Below are positions 53,011-64,000 of a stretch of DNA of 64,000 nt, piece after piece. Source of the stretch: the human T2T-CHM13v2.0 reference genome, Homo sapiens. The DNA lies in NCBI RefSeq assembly GCF_009914755.1, contig NC_060932.1; one strand, 5' to 3'. The position numbers were made by a program, and so were the translations under genes. The notes under the pieces were generated by a model. That model searched no databases and was not told the DNA's origin. It saw only the letters and a program-made list of their open reading frames with translations. Numbering within the stretch: the stretch's first letter is position 1; each line of letters begins with the position of its first letter.

Positions 53011-53651
53011 TTCTTGTCCCCTAGAAAAGTGGGATTTGCCGCTAAGGGGTTGAGAAGGAGAAGGGGTTGAGGGGTTCTTGCCCCTCCCCCAGAAAAGTGG
53101 AGAAGGGGTAGAGACACGGAGGGAAGGGATTGGGGTACTTGCCCCTCCCCTAGAAAAGTGGGACTTGCTGCTAAGGGTGAAGGACCAAGGCAGGCGTCCC
53201 TGCGTGGTCTGACACCTCTGAAACCTGGGTGAATAATCAGAGAGGTTGTCCCTGCAATGATTAAACACTAAGGGAAGGCTGCCTTCCGTAGTCCGTGAGC
53301 AGCGCTGGAGTTTTGGGTCCACGGATAAAACGTGTCTCCTTTGTCTCTACCAGAAAATGAAAGGAATTGAAATTAAGAGAAGGGAGAGATTGAAGTGTGG
53401 TGCCAAGATTGAAACGAGAAAGAGGTTGAGGGATAGTGAGGGAGGTTGGAGAAGAGAGTAAAAAGAGGCTGCTTACTGGATTTGAAATTACTGGATTGAA
53501 ATTAATGGATTTGAAATTGGTGAGATGTTTCTTGGGCTGGTCGGTCTGAGGACCTGAGGTCGTAGGTGGACTTTTCTCACAGAGCAAAGAGCAGGAGGAC
53601 GGGGGATTGAGCTCCCAAGGGAGATCCCCCGATCTGAGTCACGGCACCAAA

Positions 53652-54054
53652 TTTCATGCGCGTCCGTGTGAAGAGACCACCAAACAGGCTTTGTGTGAGC
53701 AATAAAGCTGTTTATTTCACCTGGGTGCAGGTGGGCTGAGTCTGAAAAGAGAGTCAGCGAAGGGAGATAGGGGTGGAGCCGTTTTATAGGATTTGGGTAG
53801 GTAAAGGAAAAAGGGGGGTGTTCTCTGGCAGGCAGGAGTGGGGGTCACAAGTTACTCAGTGGGGGAGCTTTTGAGCCAGGATGAGCCAGGAGAAGGAATT
53901 TCACAAGACAATGTCATCAGTTAAGGTAGGAACAGGCCATTTTCACTTCTTTTGTGGTGGAATGTCATCAGTTAAGGCAGGAACCTGCCATCTGGAAGTG
54001 TACGTGCAGGTCTCAGGGGATATGATGGTTTAGCTTGGGCTCAGAGGCCTGGCA
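53652..54054 (-). promoter_or_regulatory. HERV-H 5' LTR (LTR7), 403 bp, promoter directed toward the RP1L1 3' end
   Basis: Adjacent to PBS-His. TATA-like cctataaaa and the ccaccacaaaagaagtgaaaatggcc block are on the minus strand. Confidence 0.9.
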
Positions 54055-54808
54055 CATACCTTAATTTGAAAATACGTTATTGCTAAAAATGCTAATGAAG
54101 TAAGAACATGCTGTTGGAAAAATGGCACTGATAGACTTGTTTGATGCATGGTTGCCACAAACCTTCAATTTGTAAAAAAAATGAAATAGCTATGAAGTGC
54201 ATAAAGTGAAGAATAATAACACAAGTTGTGCCTATAAAATGTTCTTAGGGACTATGGGGTGAGCTATCCATATACACGAAGCAGGGTCCCCCAGGTGGGG
54301 CAGTCAAGAGAGGCTCTCTGGAGGTAAACCTTCTTACCTGGGCTGGGGGATGAATGACCGGTTCCCTGAGCAGGTCAGAACTATGGGTGGTCCAAGATCT
54401 CTTGTCCATTCAGCTAGTGTGTGTTGCAAACCATCTGCTGTGTAAAAAGCCAAGTCATTCATGAGATATTTCCTACCTCCAGAGAATGAACCCCCTCTTT
54501 GAGAGTGACAGGGAAGCATGTCTGTGAATCTGCTCCCCTGAAACAGTTAAAGCACAGTGTGGACTTCACACCCCAGCAGCCTCCCCAGCATCCAGTGACA
54601 GGAAGGCTGTCTAAGTGGGCCCCTCACCTGGTAGCAGGTATATGTTCCGGGGCCTGCATGGTGTTGCAATACACAGACCGTGGACATCTGTAGGAGGGTG
54701 GTGGACCCATGCCCTATGGCCCTCATTCCTCCCTGAGGCCTTGTGCCAGGTCGACTTTGCTCATCTGTGTGTCCTGCCTGGTTCACGTGAACAAAGCCTC
54801 CCTTTCCC

Positions 54809-54927
54809 TGTGTGCAATTCCACAGATGTGTGTGCGATTCTGCAGACGTGTGTGCGATTCTGCAGATGTGTGTGCGATTCCGCAGATGTGTGTGTGATTC
54901 CGCAGATGTGTGTGTGATTCTGCAGAT
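54809..54927. repeat. 20-bp minisatellite, about 6 copies
   Basis: Unit tgtgtgcgattc(t/c)gcagatg. Confidence 0.9.
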
Positions 54928-56148
54928 TGCGTCCTGTGTGGAATCTGGTTTGGGATCATTTCAGGTAGCACTGGGTGAGCAGGCCATCCCCACCTCCTTG
55001 TTTGGGAACTAAGGGCCAGCTTTGGCGAGGCAATTGATGAGCTCAAGGTCACAGGGCGAGTTGGAGGCGGCAGCCTGCAGGCTCCTAGCTCTGACTGCTG
55101 CAGTGTTCCCCTGGCGTGGCTATGCCTTAGCTCCTGCAGGCAGATGGATGCTCCTCCTCAGCTTCTAATCCAGTCCTCCCTGCTTTGCCAAGGCCCTCTT
55201 GACTCCAGTGTCTCTGCCCCCCATCACCTGTGGCCACCTGTCTCCATGTGCAACTGGATCCCCTCTCCTGAGCATCTCCTATGGAGAATGAGGGGGCGAC
55301 AGACCTGGGGGAGCTGTCATCTGGTGACCACCTTCTCTCTCCCACCCCTCACCATCTCCTTCAGAACAGATCTCACAGAGCTGGGGCCATAGGGATGAAG
55401 CCATGCTCATCACAGAGTCCCGGGAGCCCAGGCCCGAGGGGCATCTGGTGAACACGGTGAGGTCACGGGCACGGGGCAAGGGGCCAGGGCTGGGCGGGGG
55501 ATGATTTGGCCCCAGCGGCCATCCCGAGCCTGAATGGATGGAAGTCCTGGCGGAAACACCTGGTGGGGACGGAAATCCAGGACAACTTTTATTATCCCTG
55601 TTCACAGGTCCATTCAGACTATATTGGGGGCTTCCTATTTCCTCTGCTGGCACCTCACACTCATTCATAACAAGAAAGGCCATTGTGCTACTGAGTTATG
55701 GGCCCAGGAGCCCCATGGGGCGGGCATTAAACACATCAGCCCCAATACTTATTTTTAAAATCGTATTCCCTGCTGAGTTGCGATTCTTATTTTTTCCTCC
55801 TCCCACAAAGAAAACTTTATGGGTGGTTTTGTCCCAACTTTGAGGGTGAAAAATAAGTGAAGTCCTTTTCAGGCACCCTGTGGGATCCCGCTGATTGGGA
55901 GGGGAGCTCCCCACAGCTCCACTCCGATTCCAATCCTGGCTGTACCCGCATAGTCACTGCTTGGCGTGGAGTGAGGGATTTAACCCAATGTTCAGTCCGT
56001 AACTGTCAAATGAGGGAGTGAGCAAGATCTCTAGTGTCTCTTGCAGTTCCTAAATGCTATAATTACATGGAGTGTGCAGTGAAGAGTGAAATCTTCTGCT
56101 GGGATGTGGCCCGTGGAAAGGAGCTCCACTCAGAGAAAGCAAGGAACC

Positions 56149-56434
56149 AGGCCCGGTGGCTCTTGCCTGAAATCCCAGCACTTTGAGAGGCTGAGGCAGG
56201 CGGATCACTTGTGCCCAGGAGTTTGAGACCAGCCTGGGCAACATGGGGAGAACCTGTCTCTACAAAAAATAAAGTTAAAAGAATTAGGTACGCGCGGTGC
56301 TCTGCACCTGTAGACCCAGCTACTCAGGAGGCTGAGGTGGGAGGATTGCTTGAGCCCAGGAGTTTGAGGCTGCAAGTGAGCTATGATCACCCGCCTGTAC
56401 TCCAGCCTGAGCAAAAGAGCAAGACCCTGTCTCA

Positions 56435-56492
<58 letters not shown>
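56149..56492 (+). mobile_element. AluJ-like with tail converted to a long pure (CA)n microsatellite (56437-56492)
   Basis: Alu body followed by ~28 CA units. Confidence 0.88.
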
Positions 56493-56494
<2 letters not shown>

Positions 56495-56965
56495 CAAGAT
56501 GTGGCCACAAACCTGGTTGTTCATCTCCATGCAAGAGTCAGCCACAGCTCCAGGAATCACAGCTTCCAACACAGACCCTGGCCAGCACCCCATGATACTA
56601 GGAGACTGTCTCCAGGGGCGAGGGTGGCTTTCGGCAGAGGCTCCATTTTCAGGTCAGACCCTCAATAAAGAGGCATCCAGCCTTGGTAACCACCTACAGA
56701 GCAGTGGCTGGCACTCTGCTAGGGCTCCCTTCCAGGGCTGCTGCCTGCAGCTGCTCAGACTCTCCTCGCCACAAGGGAATTCCTGCACAACTGGGTCTTC
56801 CACCTGCCACAACTCGGTGTTGGTATAAGGCCCTATATTGGCTCCTCGAGTCACCGGGTCAGCTCCATAGCTCATGCAACTCATAGTCAAGCGCGGTATT
56901 CAGCTGAGCACCCAAGCAGAGCAGATATGCATTTGTTTGTCTTTGTGTTCGCTCCTAATATTACC

Positions 56966-57391
56966 TGTTAAAGGAAAAATTATTTTGATGCGTGTTTAAA
57001 GGGTAAGGAAGGCTTTACTCAGGACTATCTGGGCAGGTTTCAAGACTGTCACAATAGAGGAGAGAGATTGGCCCAACTTGGAACGTAAGAATAAGTGGGG
57101 ATTTATCACCAAAGAGCAGGTTAGGGGTTCAGTGGGTGGAAAATCACTAACGGGAGGTATCAACGGGTGGGGATTCTGGCAAAACCGACCTACCAGATTC
57201 TCGCTGAAGGCAGAGGCCAGGGTGACCAGACACCACAGAGGGAATGGGGCAGAGGAGGAAATTGACCCGCCGTCAAGGGTGACTAACGGGATTCTTAATT
57301 AAACAGAACTCTATAAGGACAGACAAGGAAGCCCAAGGAGGAGTCTGTGCTGAAAAGACAGCCCAGAGGAGCCTGTCTCATGTCTGACCAC
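56966..57391 (-). mobile_element. ERV1 solo LTR, MER31/MER67-like
   Basis: tgttaaaggaaaaattatt...ctcaggacta...gagagagattgg...cagaggagcctg resembles the reverse complement of the MER31 group. Confidence 0.55.
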
Positions 57392-57668
57392 AGCAAGTGA
57401 CTTAGTCCTGCCCCTGCCCAAACATGGGAAATGGATTTTCCAGGGAAAAACCATGCCTTTCTCTTCTGGGTCTTGATGATCCTGCAATTGATGAGTTCTC
57501 TCCTTTCTTTTCCTGGCAGGGAGAGGGTCCTGGCTTTGGGGGGAGTTGGGTCTGGATCCTGACTCAGTTGCCTTTGGATTCCGAGTCCATGATGGGAGAA
57601 GTGCTTTGGGAATGACGGGGAGAGCCCAGGGCTACCGGGTGCACCAGTTCCTCCCCCAGTGCAAGTAG

Positions 57669-58245
<577 letters not shown>

Positions 58246-59110
58246 TGAGAAAGGTCCAAGTTCCCCTTGTCTGCCTTCTTAGCTCTGATCTTGGGTTTTG
58301 CTAGTTTGGCAGCCATTGGAAGTGAAAAATGGAAAAGACAAGACACTGATAACCCTAATTACTCCTAGTCCCAGACCTCAGTGTGTCAGATTAGAGCCAG
58401 CCTTGTGGTGGGACAGCTGGGCAAAGAGGCCTCTGTAGACCAGCTCTGCTCTCTGCGGTCCTGGGCTGTCTCCCTGCCCTCTTGGAAGGTCAAGGAAGCA
58501 AGGAGGGGCTGCCACATCTATCTCCAGTTGTGCTTCATGGTTTACTTACTTTGTCTCATCAACCACTGCGAAAGTCCTTTGATAGATTCCAACATCCCCA
58601 TTTTACATCTAAGGACATTGGGGTTCAGGGAGGTTAACCTTGCCCTGAGTCACACAACTGCAAAGAGGCTGAGCCAGGATCCCTGCCCTGATCCCCACCC
58701 ATGCTGCCAAACCAGGCAGTACTACCCGCTCTGCCACAGCGCCACTGTGAGAACCCCATGGGCGCATCTTTGTGTGGTGTGGAAGGGCTTCCTAGGATGA
58801 TCTGTGTCTCTCCCAGTCAGAAGATTCTTCTTCTCTCAAATCCCGATCACCTCTGTCTCTTTAAAATGGGGGGCTTCCTGGAGAAAAGCAAACAGACCAG
58901 CAATGAACCAAAGGAAACCTCTGAAGAAGGAACGGGCCGTAGGGGAGAAGCACATGCCTCCATCTCTCTGGGGTGCAGACAGTGCTTGCTGTGCTGGCCC
59001 CACTCACAAGGAACCCTGCAGCCTGAACTGCAGACTCCTTATTCCTCCTGGGCCCAAGGGCCTTTCATCCCCTCATCCAGAGCACTCAGCCACTTGTAGT
59101 GCATGAGGGT

Positions 59111-59288
59111 GCACACACACACATGCAAACCCACGCACGCACATGCATGCATGGGGACACATGCGCACACATGCACACACATGCATGTCCACACATACAG
59201 GCACACGTGCACGCACACATGCATGCACATGCATGGCACACACATACATGACACACACATATGCACACACACACATGCACAGACACAC
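59111..59288. repeat. Alternating purine-pyrimidine (CA/CATG) low-complexity tract
   Basis: gcacacacacacatgc...acatgcacacacatgcatg. Confidence 0.85.
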
Positions 59289-61691
59289 TACGGAGTAGAA
59301 GCCTAAATCTCAGGAGCCACTCAGGGACACCCAGGACACCACACAACTGCAAGGCAAGTGACTCGTGCTAAGTGGAGTTGTGGCTGCCATGAGGACAGAG
59401 GCAAGCGCTCCTCAGAGCCTTCAACACCCCTCAGAGAAGCTTCCTCAGGGCAAGTGAGCTGTACAGCAGTTACCAGGTGGACTCATGGGGACATGGGGTG
59501 TGTCGGGGGCAGGTGGGAGGTAGAAATCCCCAGGAAGAAGGAGCTAGTTCCAGAGAGGGGAGCCCCAACAGCTCATGGATTTTCTGAGCTGGAGCCAGGT
59601 GGGCCAGAAGACAGGAGGTGAGAGGGATCAGTGAGGGATGAATCGGATTTAAATGCACGGGCACTAGTAATGGGGGAGTGGGAAGAGTGGGGTGGGGGCG
59701 CTGAACAGTCCTCAAAGACTGCCTCTGAGTTCGGAGGAGCCCTCGGCCCCCCTGGCCTCCCCTTCTTTCACAGGTTTGACCTGGGGGGCTCCTTGACAGG
59801 GCAGCTGGGCTCCAGTTGAACATGAGTGTGGGAGGGGACTCCCTGGGTTCTAGTTTTAGCTCGGTCCAGGCTCCCTGGGTGGCCTGGGGTGGTCCCAGGG
59901 TGAGCTGAGCCCCAGCTTCCTAGCCCCGTCTCAGTGGTCTCCAGACACCCTCTGGCTCCTAAATGCCACTGCTCTGCTTCTCGGGGTGGGAGTTTACTGC
60001 CTTCCCGGGGTTGTATGTCCACCTCCAGCATAGGGGAGCATCCTTTATTGACAGGATCTAGGCTTCCAGGAGTTTCCACCCTGGTTCTAGTGTCTGCCCT
60101 TGAGTTACTCAGAGTAAATGTGCCCCTCTGCTCCATGGCAGCCCCTGATAGATCAGGAACCCCCATCCGCCACCGCCCCACCGGCATCACGGTGCCGTGG
60201 TCTTCTCCAGGCCTGGCCTCTGGAGTCCACTTGACTCCTTTGCCTTCCATGGAACTTCCAGGCCTTTCCAGGGCCTTCTCTCCCCTCTGCCTGGTTGGTC
60301 AATGTTCCTTTGAAGATGTGCGTGTCTCATCAGCTTGTGTCCCTGTGGCTGCAGAGAGTTGGCCCTTTCTCAGGACAGCCTCAATTTCTAAGATGCCACC
60401 CTCTTCCCCTCCTGCCTCTCCCGTGTGCCACAAATCACCCAAACTGTTCTTTGCCCAGGCCCTTCCTGGAACCCCGTGTCACTGTCCCCAACCAATACCG
60501 GGAAGATGGGGCCGGGGTCTAGGCTGGCTGAACCTGTTGTTAGAGGAGCCCCATTCCTTCTCTTGCTCTTTGAAGGGTTAACAGAACCTCGAGACCAGAA
60601 GGCCAGGGTAGGAAGCTGGCTCCGGGGCAAAGAGAAACCCCCTGAGATCTGACTTTCTTATCCAGGCCACAGTGCTGAAAGTGAGCCAGTGGGGGAAGGG
60701 CCACAGCCAAAACCCAGCCACCCCAAGCAAAATTCTCAATGGGCTGCTCCACAGTGTGCAAAGTTTGGTGGGGGTGGGGGGCCAGCCTGTTGACAAGTAG
60801 CAAGGTCACGGCCCCCGTTAGCACTGTAAACAGGGGCGCACAATGCCCTCCCTTCCTCCGGAGAGGCAGCTCCTCTCCGGGCCGGTCCCCTGGGTCCAGG
60901 CCTCCCTGTCCCCCATCCTTGCGGGAGTCTGACACTGAAAAGCCGCTGCTGCTTCCTCAAGGAAAAGCCGAGCCTTTTGTGAGCTCTCGCTTCCTCCTTC
61001 TGTGGGAACCACTCCTGGGCCTATGAACATCTGCCTGGGGCGTCTTTCTCAGAGGCCCGAGGTGGGAAAAGAGGAGGGGTGCTGATTGCCAGGGAGGGGG
61101 CTGCAACCCGCAGGCCTGGGATTGTCATCACCAGGCTGGGGAAGAGAACAATGGGGGACCCCCAGCCCCCCCTGGCTTGGCTTCCCTCTTCCCACAAGCC
61201 TGCTCTTTTGTGCTTAGAGGGAGGCCGGGGGAATTCTTTTGTTTGCTTTTGTTTCTCTTGTTTTGTTTTGTTTTTGTTTGGCATTTGGCTCGCCCCCCAA
61301 GGTAGGGGGTCGGGCGTGCAGAGGGGGTGGCCCAGGCAGAGGGGCAGCGATGGGGTTGGTGGGAAATCCCACAGCTCCTCTGGGAGGAAATGTTTTGGGG
61401 GCTTCACGAGGTGAGGAGAGTCAGATGCTGGGAGTCAGTGCCAGATGTTTCACTGCTGGGCAGACCCGGCCTCCGAGGCGTGTGCTCTCATCTGGGTAGC
61501 TCATGGAGACCCTAGGCAAGTGCAGCACGGGTGACAGGTGCCCCATGGTCATCCGAAGGGCCACTGGAGGTGTGGCCTAGAGCTGTCTCTGGAGGGGAAG
61601 CTGGAAGCAGCTCAGACTCAGGGACTCCGATCCTTGCTTTCAGGCTGCATTCCAGGAAATGTGTCCAAGGAAGTCCTGCCCATGCTCCCAG

Positions 61692-63178
61692 GGTGGCTGT
61701 CCCAGGGGTTCACCTTGCCTGCTGGCTGGACAGAGCTGATTTATCAAGACAGGAGAATTGCAAGGTAGAAATAGTAACTCACGCAGAGCCAGCTGTGTGG
61801 GGGATCGGAGTTTTATTATTACTTTCTTGAAGAAGAGAGTCAAACTCTGTAAAATATTTGAAGAGATTTATTCTGAGCCAAATATGAGTGACCGTGGCCT
61901 GTGACCCAGCCCTCAGGAGGTTCTGAGAACATGTGCCCAAGGTGGTCGGGGCACAGCTTGGTTTTATATATTTTAGGGAGGCACGAGACATCAATCAAAT
62001 ATGTTTAAGAAATACTTTGGTTTGCTTCAGGAAGGCGGGGCAATTCAAAGCTGGGGGCTTCCAGGCTATAGATAAATGTCAACATTTTCTGGTTGATAAC
62101 TGGTTATCTGAGGATCTGAGACCAACGGAAAGGAATGCTTAGGTTGACGGAAAGGATTGTGGAGACCACGTTTTATTGTGCAGAGGAACCTTTCAGGTTG
62201 CAGACTTCAGAGACAGAGCAGGTTGTAAAATGTTTCTTATTAGACCTAAAAGGGTGCCTGGCTCTTAGTCAATTATCTACTGGATCTGGAAAGAAAGGAG
62301 GGAAGACAAAGGGGGAAGGGGATTCTCTATAGAATGTGGATTTTTCCCACAAAAGACTTTGCAGGGCAATTTCAAGGTACGAAAAGAAATATATTTTGGG
62401 GTTAAATATATTTTCCTTGTCTCATAATGTTATGCCGGAATCAGACTGAAAAGTAAGTCACAATATATCGTGTCAAATAAAACCCATCTGATGAGAATGT
62501 ATGGTTTGTAGGGCCTGACTCCCTAGCCCCCTTAGGTAGGAATTTGGCTAAGATAAAAAATCAGAGCTTAGTCCTCAACTTAAATCATTCTCCCCAAGCA
62601 TTCAGGATTTGCGTTTTTAAGGATAATTTGGTGGATAGGAGCTCAGAAGAGGGGAGTGCTGATTGGTCATGTTGGAGATGGAATCAGAGGGGGTCCGAAG
62701 TGAGTTTTTCTTGCTGTCTTCTGTTCCTGGGTGGGACGGCAGGACTGGTTGAGCCAGATTACCGGTCTTGGTGGAGTGCAGGGTCTGCGAAATACCTCCA
62801 GCACTGATCTTAGGTTTTACGATAGTGATGTTATCCCCAGGAGAAATTTGGGGAGGTTCAGACTCTTGGAGTCAGAGGCTGCATGACCCCTGAACTGTAA
62901 TTTCCAATCTTGTAGCTACTTCGTTAGTCCTGCAAAGGCAGACTGGTCCCCAGACAAGAAGGGGGTCTCTTTGGGAAAGGGCTGTTATCAGTTTTGTTTC
63001 ACAGTCAAATCATGAACTGAATTCCTTCCTAAAGTTAGTTTGGCCTCTGCCCAGAAGTGAACAAGGACAGCTTAAAGGTTACAAGCAAGATGGTGTCGGT
63101 TAGGTCTGATTTCTTTCACTTTCGTGAGCTCTCACAAGTTATAACTTCCTCAGTTATAATTTTGCAAAGGCGGTTTCA
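61692..63178 (-). mobile_element. LTR8 solo LTR interrupted by MER4A
   Basis: Minus strand begins tgaaaccgcctttgcaaaattat. The other end is gggttcaccttgcctgctggctggacagagctgatttatcaagacagg. TSD ccag. Confidence 0.8.
61825..62577 (-). mobile_element. MER4A solo LTR nested in LTR8
   Basis: Minus strand begins tgaggactaagctctgatttttt. 4-bp TSD actt at 61821-24 and 62578-81. Confidence 0.8.
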
Positions 63179-63832
63179 CCAGCTACAAATGCTATTTGCT
63201 CCTCATGGCTGCAAAAGACATGGAACACACATCCCAGAACACCCAAGGGTGCCCAGAGAAGTCACACCTCTTGGGAAAGAAACTGCCTTGACTTCGATTC
63301 TTTGCAAGCTCTAGCATGAGGCTCAGGGCACAGGAACACTGGGCTATGGCAAAAGAGCACTGTTCTGCAGAAAAACCCCTCAGCCTCCAAGACACAGTGC
63401 CAGCAGTCAGAAAAACAATTGCCCCCAGTCACAGAGCTCAGCCAGACGCCCCAGTCAGCTGCATTTTAGGCCAGTTTGCTACCCCTGAGACCTGTGTAGA
63501 TGTCAGTGTGGACACTGACATTCTCTTGAGCTCACACCCGAGTGGCCCACACATAAGTACATTAAGAAGACAGAGGAAACGGCCCACTTCAGTAGCTGGG
63601 AGATGATTCAGAAAGATTTCCCAGGAACTATCCCTGAAAACAACTGAGTACCTTGTGTTCTGTGTGGATGAAATGAAGACCTCAGCTTCATCAGCTGACG
63701 TTCCTGCCACATCTGGGATGCCCCAGTTTGGCTTCCAGAGCAGCAATGCTCAGCCCTGACTACACAAGAGAGTCATAGGAGAGTTAAAACAACAACAACA
63801 ACAAAACCCATCTCTACAGAGAGAAAGAGAGA

Positions 63833-63988
63833 GAAATTAGCAGGGCACAGTGATGCAACCATGGTCCCAGCTACTTGGGAAGCTAAGGGGGAGGATTGCT
63901 TGAGTCCAGGAATTCGAGGCTGCAGTGAGCTATGATTACACAACTACACTCCAGCCTGAGAGACAGAGCGAGACATTGTCTCAAAACA
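63833..63988 (+). mobile_element. Alu right monomer (AluJ/FRAM-like)
   Basis: aaattagcagggcacagtg...gaggattgcttgagtccaggaattcgaggctgcagtgagctatgat. Confidence 0.8.
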
Positions 63989-64000
63989 TGCCCCCCAAAA

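Larger units (their letters stand above)
47804..54054 (-). mobile_element. HERV-H provirus, 6251 bp, two LTR7s, deleted (env-less) type
   Basis: Paired LTRs, PBS-His (tggtgccgtgactcagatc on the minus strand, ~53631-53649), PPT aagaagacaggaa (48198-48210), gag/pro/pol remnants, TSD tatac/catac. Confidence 0.96.

Noticed and set aside
52495-53322. 275-aa HERV-H pre-gag ORF as a functional protein
   Set aside because: Kept open mainly by the 42-bp tandem repeat, with no canonical start or gag homology

Overview
Primate (almost certainly human) genomic DNA from the RP1L1 locus (8p23.1 by gene identity), with the gene on the + strand of this window. The window holds the end of intron 1, coding exons 2 (1723-2350, ATG at 1742), 3 (8357-8498) and 4 (11598 to stop at 18241), and the 3' UTR. 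The spliced CDS is 609+142+6644 = 7395 nt, or 2464 aa. That is 64 aa longer than the 2400-aa reference I recall, and it is explained by four extra copies of the 48-bp coding VNTR, so this is a long-repeat haplotype. The remaining ~45 kb is intergenic: many Alus, L1 fragments, MIRs, solo LTRs (MER41A, MST, MER31-like, LTR8 split by MER4A), MER53, and a 6.25-kb two-LTR HERV-H provirus (minus strand) nested in an internally deleted Tigger1. I found no convincing wholly new gene or biological system. The best leads are the coding VNTR allele, the LTR7up-like HERV-H with an altered splice-donor region, an Alu interrupted by an apparently templated ~300-bp capture, a non-canonical polyA signal, and hypotheses about RP1L1's acidic tail. 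Repeat family names come from recalled consensus sequences and need RepeatMasker/Dfam confirmation.
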